A DNA stretch of 64,000 nucleotides from Spirochaetota bacterium (GTDB lineage Bacteria; Spirochaetota; UBA4802; UBA5550), in assembly GCA_963663865.1 (NCBI GenBank), contig OY760686.1, forward strand, positions 2,592,001 through 2,656,000, in the 5' to 3' direction. How positions within the stretch are numbered: position 1 is the first letter of the stretch; each line of letters opens with the position of its first letter. The position numbers and the translations under genes were made by a program. Below are positions 10,280 to 17,107 of the stretch, piece by piece. The notes under the pieces were generated by a model. The model ran no database searches. It saw only the letters and a program-made list of their open reading frames with translations, and was not told the DNA's origin.

Positions 10280-11125
10280 TCATTCCAAAAGCTTCATAAT
10301 AAGCTTTGGCTTAAAATTAGCTTGAGCCAGCATCGCAGTACCAGTCTGAACGAGGATCTGGTCCCTTGTGTACTCAACCATCTGAGCAGCCATGTCCACA
10401 TCACGGACCCTTGAGTCCGCGGCCATCATATTTTCATATGAGAGCGTCAGTGCTGAGATCGCATTCTCCATCCTGTTGTAATAGGCCCCAAGATCTGCCC
10501 TCTGGCGATTTAGTCTCTCAAGAGCTAAATCAACATACCCGATCATTGAGTTTGCCTGTCCAACAGTTGAAATTGACCTCTTACTGTTGTTCTCATCCAG
10601 CAGATTCAAAGCCTGAGCCGAAATAGTACTAATGTACACGCGGATCCTCTGATGACTGTTAGCACCCACGTGAAAGAACATGCTTCCGACCTTGCTGCCT
10701 TTGGCGAAGGTCCCTGTGAGCATCTTCATTCTGTTGAACTCAGCCGATGTGGCGATGCGGTCAATCTCTTCAATCAGCTGGGATACCTCAACCTGAATCT
10801 GCATGCGGTCCGGGTTAGAGTATATTCCGTTTGCGGACTGAATTGAAAGCTGCCTTATCCTTTGAAGCATATCATTAACCTGCTGAAATGACCCCTCCGC
10901 AACCTGGATGAAAGAAAGCCCGTTTTGGGAATTCTTTTCAGCCTGGATCAGGCCGTTGATCTGGGTACGCATCTTTTCAGATACCGCCAGACCAGAAGCA
11001 TCATCTCCAGCCCGGTTAATAGCCTCACCGGAAGCAAGCTTTTCGATTGATTTGTCCATACGTGCCGCCACACTCTGCATCTGTCTGTTAGCGAAAATGG
11101 CGCTCATGTTGTGATTGATTCTCAT
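10280..11125 (-). CDS. flaB: Flagellin (spirochaete FlaB class), downstream copy
   Basis: [46 protein letters not shown]. Confidence 0.97.
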   Translation of the reverse strand: MRINHNMSAIFANRQMQSVAARMDKSIEKLASGEAINRAGDDASGLAVSEKMRTQINGLIQAEKNSQNGLSFIQVAEGSFQQVNDMLQRIRQLSIQSANGIYSNPDRMQIQVEVSQLIEEIDRIATSAEFNRMKMLTGTFAKGSKVGSMFFHVGANSHQRIRVYISTISAQALNLLDENNSKRSISTVGQANSMIGYVDLALERLNRQRADLGAYYNRMENAISALTLSYENMMAADSRVRDVDMAAQMVEYTRDQILVQTGTAMLAQANFKPKLIMKLLE

Positions 11126-11442
11126 AGAAACCCTCCCTTGATTTTTTCTGAACCACCGCTTCTATGATTTTTAAATGGCCCAGGTTTTCATCCGCACCAT
11201 CTTGACGCGGAAGGGACTTGCGAAAGTCCGAAGGTTGTCTCCTTGTAATGCCGCCTGAACTGCCCATAATCCAGACAACACCGGCCCCGGTTTTCCGGCA
11301 GCCGGTGATGCCCTCCCCTGATCATCACAAGCTGCCGGAAATGTCCGGCCTCTGTCCGCTGTAATACAACAGCGGCAGCATTGCTATCTGGGCAGTCACC
11401 GCAAATGGAGGTGAGAGAATCAATCGAGTTTTCAAAGAACCT
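11113..11442 (-). ncRNA. Candidate structured cis-regulatory leader of the downstream flagellin
   Basis: At least five internal stems plus a closing helix pairing 11402-11425 with the SD/start region 11113-11140; boxA at its 5' end. Confidence 0.6.
11428..11442 (-). promoter_or_regulatory. rrn-type boxA (NusB/NusE site)
   Basis: AGGTTCTTTGAAAAC; contains GTTCTTTGAAAAC, the Bacillus-type rRNA boxA. Confidence 0.6.
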
Positions 11443-11474
11443 GCACTAAAGCTTATTCGCAGTTTTCGTTTTCA

Positions 11475-12326
11475 TCAGCCGGCCAGTAGCCTTAAAGCTG
11501 TCTGGTTTTGTATATTAGCCTGGGCGAGCATCGCCGTACCGCTCTGAACAAGAACCTGATTTTTGGTGAAGTCTACCATTTCTTCAGCCATATCAGCATC
11601 TCTTATCCTGGACTCAGCGGCTTGAATGTTCTCAAACGCGGTCATGAGTCCTTTAGCGGTCATATCCAGCCTGTTGTAGTACGCACCGAGGTCTGCTCGC
11701 TGCTTGGAAAGTACCTGCAGGGCATTATCAAGAACTCCAATGGCTTCATTGGCTCCGCCAGGAGAGGAAAGCGAAAGGGATATTCTCCCTGTACCATCTG
11801 AAAACTTGAATGCCTGAGCAGTCATAGTTCCAATGTAAACTCTTTCTCTCTGGTTCTGGTTTGCACCGAGATGGAACCACATACTTGCCTTCGGATTAAT
11901 TTTTGAAAATTCTCCTGTAAGTACCTTGAATCTGTTAAACTCAGCAGTCGAAGCTACCCTGTTGACCTCGTCGACAAGAGCCGAAACCTCAACCTGAATA
12001 AGTTGACGGTCTGTGTTGGAATAAATTCCGTTAGCGGACTGAATTGAGAGTACCCTTATCCTCTGGATAATTGAAGCAGTCTGATTCAGATAGCCTTCAG
12101 CCGTCTGAACAAAAGACATACCGTCTTCGGTATTTCTCGCAGCCTGTCTCAAACCTTGAATCTGAGTCCTCATTTTTTCAGAAACCGCAAGACCGGAAGC
12201 GTCGTCTCCTGCCTTGTTGATTCTTTCGCCTGAAGCGAGCTTTTCCATGCTGCTCTGCACATTCCAGGTCGTAAACTTCAAAGTCCTGTTGGCATTAATT
12301 GCACTCATGTTGTGATTAATTATCAT
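11475..12326 (-). CDS. flaB: Flagellin (spirochaete FlaB class), upstream copy
   Basis: True start [14 protein letters not shown] at 12326 with AAGGAG SD; [18 protein letters not shown]; [10 protein letters not shown]. Confidence 0.97.
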   Translation of the reverse strand: MIINHNMSAINANRTLKFTTWNVQSSMEKLASGERINKAGDDASGLAVSEKMRTQIQGLRQAARNTEDGMSFVQTAEGYLNQTASIIQRIRVLSIQSANGIYSNTDRQLIQVEVSALVDEVNRVASTAEFNRFKVLTGEFSKINPKASMWFHLGANQNQRERVYIGTMTAQAFKFSDGTGRISLSLSSPGGANEAIGVLDNALQVLSKQRADLGAYYNRLDMTAKGLMTAFENIQAAESRIRDADMAEEMVDFTKNQVLVQSGTAMLAQANIQNQTALRLLAG

Positions 12327-12357
12327 TTTACACTCCTTTGTTTCTCTGTTTCTGTGT

Positions 12358-12371
12358 TGGCTTCCTTGCCA
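12358..12371 (-). promoter_or_regulatory. CsrA-binding hairpin in the flagellin leader
   Basis: TGGC-AAGGAA-GCCA, GGA in a hexaloop about 20 nt upstream of the SD, the typical flagellin CsrA arrangement. Confidence 0.7.
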
Positions 12372-12494
12372 GTATGGTCGAGGGCATAACCACATTTTTC
12401 AGCAGGTTGGGCAGTGCCCGGTTCCAGGCTTGTATCTGGGCTCATACAAACTTGCAACCTCGACTACACTCCCCGGACAGCAACTGATGAAAAC

Positions 12495-12508
12495 GTTTTC
12501 AAAGATCC
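12495..12508 (-). promoter_or_regulatory. rrn-type boxA in the leader of the upstream flagellin
   Basis: GGATCTTTGAAAAC, 7 nt after an AGCAGGGA-GTAA-TCCCTGCT GNRA hairpin (12516-12535). Confidence 0.6.
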
Positions 12509-12539
12509 GCGAATAAGCAGGGATTACTCCCTGCTCGAA

Positions 12540-12567
12540 ATGTCGTCACCTCTGGCCGTCAGGTTTA
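12540..12567 (-). promoter_or_regulatory. Putative sigma28 (FliA) promoter of the flagellin operon
   Basis: TAAA-N16-GACGACAT vs consensus TAAA-N15/16-GCCGATAA; predicted start falls at the 5' GNRA hairpin. Confidence 0.6.
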
Positions 12568-12752
12568 GCTCTATTATTGACAGTATAGCCCATTCTACAT
12601 TGTATAATGGATATTATGACGTATTTATGGCTTGTTTTGGCTATTTTTTAGCTTTTTTATGTTTTTTGATGTTTTTTGATGTTTTCCCGCATTTTTTTAT
12701 AAAAATGGGGGTGAATAAGGCGACAATAGCTACAACTGTTTATTGCTGTCGC

Positions 12753-13568
12753 CTAACGGGCTGACTGAAGCCTTTTTTTCAGGGTTGAAATCTGCTCCTT
12801 CCACATGCGGGCATAGTCAGTCCCCCATCTTTCGGGGGTAATTACGAGTTCAGCTTCACTCAGCTGTAAACCTGCCTCTCTGACGTTTCCGTTTTCAAGA
12901 AGGGCTTCTGCGTAGTGGATTCTATTTTGAGGAAAATCAGGAAAAAGCTCTACTGAGCGGGAAAGCATTTCGAGAGCATAGTCAATATCTCCAAAGCCTG
13001 TCGGCCACGCAGGAGCTTTCAGGTAGAGCATTCCCCCCACCCTTAACGGTCCTCCGCTGTCAATTGACTGATCTGTTACGGCATAATCAATAGCCTCCTT
13101 CATCGAAGAGAGCCTTCCTATCGCCGGGAGGCCTCTGATGGACAGCACTATGCCGCTGTTGACAGCATAGTAATACGCAGCTTCCCGCGACCCGCGCATC
13201 GCTCCGGCAGCCTCGGCGGCTTCAGCTCCGGCTTCAGCCGCCTTCAGTCGAAGATCATCATCTTTCTCTGATTCAGCGCACATGTAGGCGGCCCTTGACA
13301 TCGCAAGTGCCGCTGAGGTACTCCGGGCATCTTCCGCGCGCAGATACGAAGCAATCCTGTAAGCCTCGTACTTCCTGTCGAGGGATCGCGGCCTCTCCGA
13401 GTAGGCATGTACATAATCAATCAAAGCCTTTTTGTCAGAAATGGCTGAAATTATCACCCTGTCATTTGAATTGAGTTCGAACTTTATGTTCCCTGATCCT
13501 GAAGAACAGGCCGCAAAAATCATGGGAACAATACACAGAAATCTACTTATACCTGGCAATAACCTCAT
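12753..13568 (-). CDS. TPR-like helical lipoprotein, BstC / TRAP TatT-like
   Basis: Start ATG 13568 with GGGAGG SD; lipobox IFAAC; GGPLRVGGMLYLKAPAWPTGFGD motif; third gene of the MMPL triad. Confidence 0.75.
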   Translation of the reverse strand: MRLLPGISRFLCIVPMIFAACSSGSGNIKFELNSNDRVIISAISDKKALIDYVHAYSERPRSLDRKYEAYRIASYLRAEDARSTSAALAMSRAAYMCAESEKDDDLRLKAAEAGAEAAEAAGAMRGSREAAYYYAVNSGIVLSIRGLPAIGRLSSMKEAIDYAVTDQSIDSGGPLRVGGMLYLKAPAWPTGFGDIDYALEMLSRSVELFPDFPQNRIHYAEALLENGNVREAGLQLSEAELVITPERWGTDYARMWKEQISTLKKRLQSAR

Positions 13569-14391
13569 TGAGCCTCCCTGCAGCCGTTCTGACAAAGCGT
13601 TGAATTCCAAAGTTTCTGCAAACATCGCGGCCCTCGTCGAGTCCGCACATGGCCTCTACCGCGTCGAGCACCCTGCCCTCGACCTTTGCCGCTGCCGGCG
13701 ATTCAGCTGCCATGAGTCCGAGAGTCGGAACCGGCTCAGATATGTACACGGCCTTAATGTCGTCTGACATCCTCAGCTTTGAAAGGCTGGCATACTGCAT
13801 TTCGTTTAGAATTACAGCATCAATTTTTCCTTCTCCAAGCTGCCTCAACGCTGAAAGGGGCCTGAGAGTCGGTTTGCAATTAAAATACTTCGCGCAGGAC
13901 AATCTTCCTCCAAAAACAACTGAATCCAAAAAGCGGGCGTCCTCATAGAGAACATTGCCGCTCAGAACCTTTCCTTTCAGAGCTGAAAGAGCATCATATT
14001 TCCCCTTCTTCACGACTACATAGTAACACCCTGAATCCTTTCCGTCAATGCTCATAAGGGCAAGCGGTTTAAGCTTAAGAGCGCTTCGGTTCGCAAGAAA
14101 GAAAGACGTCGGCCCCAGGACATAGGCCCCTTTACTTTCAGACACGTAGCGGGCCGCATGCGCCGTGTCGGTGAAATACCGTCCCTCTATCATCTTCCTG
14201 CTCAGGCCGGCCTTTTCGGCAAGGTGGTCAAGGAACTGCCCAATCATCTTCTGTCCCTCACCGCCCGCGGATGGACCGCCGGGAAACACTATGGCAAAAC
14301 GCAGCGTGCCGGCCTCCAGAGCGGCGGACGGACAGACCTGGATAACCGCCATGAAAGAGATCACAGTCATCACAAAAAGCTTAATCCTCAA
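13543..14391 (-). CDS. Periplasmic binding protein, PhnD-like (BstB-like)
   Basis: Signal peptide; YYVVVKKG, LKGKVLSG and ALRQLGEGKIDAVIL segments typical of PBP2 phosphonate-binding folds. Confidence 0.7.
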   Translation of the reverse strand: MRIKLFVMTVISFMAVIQVCPSAALEAGTLRFAIVFPGGPSAGGEGQKMIGQFLDHLAEKAGLSRKMIEGRYFTDTAHAARYVSESKGAYVLGPTSFFLANRSALKLKPLALMSIDGKDSGCYYVVVKKGKYDALSALKGKVLSGNVLYEDARFLDSVVFGGRLSCAKYFNCKPTLRPLSALRQLGEGKIDAVILNEMQYASLSKLRMSDDIKAVYISEPVPTLGLMAAESPAAAKVEGRVLDAVEAMCGLDEGRDVCRNFGIQRFVRTAAGRLNEVIARYK

Positions 14392-17083
14392 CTTGCCCCT
14401 CCCTGCCGTTTCGGAGAAACAGCAAATCGATAACAGATGGAAGCACGTACAACGAAGAAATCATGGACAGCATTATACCGAAAAAAAGAAGCACCCCGAA
14501 GGTTGAAACCCCCTGATGCCTCGCGAACACAATGCTACCAAGCCCGCTTACTGTCGTCAGCGCCGCGAAAGCCACAGCCCGCCCGTCGGTGTGAGACGAG
14601 ACAAACGCAGAGTGTTCCGGGGATTCTCTCCACCGGTGTACGATATGAACTCCGTACACGACCCCGAGCCCGAGCAGAAGCGGCAGCGCGGCAATATTTG
14701 CGACATTATATGATATATTCAATATATACATCAGGGACTGCATCCACAGCATGCCGGTCATAAGCGGAATTAATGCAAGAAACATTGACCCTACACTTTT
14801 CAAGTCAACAGCAAGAATGACGAGTACCATCAAAACAGCATATATCATTGCCTGAAATACAGCTAACGCAGCCTGCCTGACAAATACTCTGTGAGTAACG
14901 GGGAAGCCGGTTATGTTAGGAACCCTGGCCTTTACCTCAGCTACAAACCTGTCAAGGGCGCTTACGTCCCAAATAGACTCCCGCGGGTAAACAAGCAGTG
15001 CATACTCCCCCTTTTCACTTTTCAGCTGCGAGATCATGTCAGGGGGAACATCCTCTTCTGTAATTTCATTGAGACTCATCCATTTCCCCAGAAGCTGCGA
15101 ACCCCTTTGTAGATCCCTGAACAGGGTTTTTTCAAAGTCCCGTGTTCTTCCAAGTGCGGCCGAACTGTTGTCACCGGTTATAGCAGACCGAACTTTCTCC
15201 ATTGATACGATAAGCGCGTCAAGCGTCGTTACCAGATCTGACCTGCCGCCAGCGAAGGCGTCTTCAAGGGCATTCTGAAAAAATGGCAGGAGTTCCTCAA
15301 ACACAGCTTTGTAGTCCCTGCCGGAATATTCGCCTGCCGTATGCGGAATTTGGAAATTTCTCAAATAAGCTGAGTACTTTTTGATAATAGCTTGCTTTTC
15401 CTTTTGATCGGGAGGCACGAGCTGTGCGGCAGACTCGACTCGCGCTACAACAGTAAGCTTTTCGAGAGCTTCGGATATCTGTCTTACCTCCTGAAGGCTT
15501 TCAGCTCTCACAGCGGCAAACGACATTTTCATGTCGCTTGACTCCTCCATTTTTATCTGATATACAGTTGACTCGGTATCCTTTGGAAGAAGCGACAGCG
15601 CGTTATAGTCCATACCAATGTTAAAGAGAGAATACACCCCGAAACACATACCTGCAGCACTGACTGACACTATCGCCCATAGAACAGACCGCCGCTTTGG
15701 GGCCCGCGCAGCAATGTCGTCATCCTCGGTTTCATAGTGCCTCTGCTCAATTTTTACATTGAGAAGAAGGGCCGGCATCATGAGCAAAGTAACCACGAGC
15801 ACAATTATTATGCCAGTCCCGGCGGTCAGCCCCAGTTCAGAGTATCCGGAGAAATCCGAAAACGATATCGCAAGAAAAGCCAGTCCGGTAGTAATTCCGC
15901 CGGTAATTACCCCTCTGCCGGTACGGACTACCGCCGCCATGACTGACTCTTCAATGCTCTTTCCATTTCCCAGCTCTTCTTCTGTACGCCTTATAAAGTA
16001 TATTCCGAAATCTATCCCAATGCCAAAAAGGACCGCAAGAAACGCTGAGCTTATCAGATTCAGACGTTCAATAGAAAGCGATATAACTCCAAGGGTAATT
16101 GCCATGCCGCACGCTAACGGAATCAATGACAGTACCGTTTTCCTTATAGATGCAAAGCCGAATAGAAGTATAATGAGTACGAGAAATATCGAAAATGATC
16201 CCGCGCGCGTGACGTCGCTGAACACAGTTTCTGTTTCAGTTAGAACATGGGCCGGCATCCCTGTTATTGAACACTTCACCTTTTCCTTCAGGCCCGGATA
16301 AGTCTCGTAAACTCTCATACAGGCCGCCCGAATACCGCCAATAAGAGGCCGAAGATAAGAAATCTCATCACTCGCACCCCGAGGCTGAACCTTGATGAAG
16401 AGCATATTAAAATCTTTTGAGAACAGATAGCCTTCACTCTTAACCAGCCTGGCAGTTTCAGTGCCAGGCGCCATAAGAGAATCCAATGGCGATATACTGT
16501 TCCTGGCCGGATCTGCCATCCAGGAGTTCCACTCATCAAATACAGCTATAAGGGCTCCAAGCGCGAAGAGCTGAACATCCGGTGAAAGCGGCATTGCAGG
16601 ATTGGATATTCCCCGCTTCATAAGTTCAAGGACTTCGTACAGGTTATTTGTGGATGAAGCTTTACGGACAATCCCCGGATTTTGCTCAAGGGCTTCAAGC
16701 CCTCTCTTGAGGTCATTTAATGGAATAAACAGAGGCGCATTCTGAATAAAAAAATCGATGTTGCTTCTGTAAAAAACAGACCTGACATATTTTTTCTCTT
16801 TAGCTATTTCATCCGCAAAGTACTTTGCCGAGGATTTAAGAGAATCCGGACTGCCCTCAAGAACAACGATAATGCTGTCTGAAAGACCAAACTCGTTCAT
16901 GAAGTCAAGGTATTGGGACTGGGCCGGGTGATCTGCTGGAAGGAGTTCCTTCTGGGATGACGAAATTTTTATCCCCGGAATAAAAAAAGCCATTACAGCC
17001 GAAAGCACAAACACAGCTGCAATGACAACCCTTCCCTTTTTTAGAGCCAGGGTGAACAGCATTTGCATTATTCTACTCTGCAT
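14381..17083 (-). CDS. MMPL/RND transporter, HpnN/BstA-like
   Basis: 900 aa, two repeats each with a large periplasmic loop and TM bundle; LFGIGIDFGIYF and LLLGLGVVYGVHIVHRWR motifs. Confidence 0.9.
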   Translation of the reverse strand: MQSRIMQMLFTLALKKGRVVIAAVFVLSAVMAFFIPGIKISSSQKELLPADHPAQSQYLDFMNEFGLSDSIIVVLEGSPDSLKSSAKYFADEIAKEKKYVRSVFYRSNIDFFIQNAPLFIPLNDLKRGLEALEQNPGIVRKASSTNNLYEVLELMKRGISNPAMPLSPDVQLFALGALIAVFDEWNSWMADPARNSISPLDSLMAPGTETARLVKSEGYLFSKDFNMLFIKVQPRGASDEISYLRPLIGGIRAACMRVYETYPGLKEKVKCSITGMPAHVLTETETVFSDVTRAGSFSIFLVLIILLFGFASIRKTVLSLIPLACGMAITLGVISLSIERLNLISSAFLAVLFGIGIDFGIYFIRRTEEELGNGKSIEESVMAAVVRTGRGVITGGITTGLAFLAISFSDFSGYSELGLTAGTGIIIVLVVTLLMMPALLLNVKIEQRHYETEDDDIAARAPKRRSVLWAIVSVSAAGMCFGVYSLFNIGMDYNALSLLPKDTESTVYQIKMEESSDMKMSFAAVRAESLQEVRQISEALEKLTVVARVESAAQLVPPDQKEKQAIIKKYSAYLRNFQIPHTAGEYSGRDYKAVFEELLPFFQNALEDAFAGGRSDLVTTLDALIVSMEKVRSAITGDNSSAALGRTRDFEKTLFRDLQRGSQLLGKWMSLNEITEEDVPPDMISQLKSEKGEYALLVYPRESIWDVSALDRFVAEVKARVPNITGFPVTHRVFVRQAALAVFQAMIYAVLMVLVILAVDLKSVGSMFLALIPLMTGMLWMQSLMYILNISYNVANIAALPLLLGLGVVYGVHIVHRWRESPEHSAFVSSHTDGRAVAFAALTTVSGLGSIVFARHQGVSTFGVLLFFGIMLSMISSLYVLPSVIDLLFLRNGREGQVED

Positions 17084-17107
17084 AAGCAGCCCCTACAGCA
17101 GCGACCA

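Noticed and set aside
12327-12395. N-terminal extension of the flagellin ORF in the track
   Set aside because: The conserved MIINHN start and SD are at 12326; the extension is leader RNA.
11451-12518. Invertible DNA segment (flagellar phase variation) bounded by inverted repeats
   Set aside because: Not favoured: the arms are interrupted by unequal spacers, the mismatches are all G.U-compatible on the mRNA strand, and no recombinase is nearby. Not formally excluded.
12577-12608. TTGACA...TATAAT plus-strand sigma70 promoter
   Set aside because: 20-bp spacer and no gene downstream on that strand.
12414-12764. 116-aa plus-strand ORF
   Set aside because: Overlaps the flagellin promoter and leader; its F/L-rich tail comes from the T-tracts.
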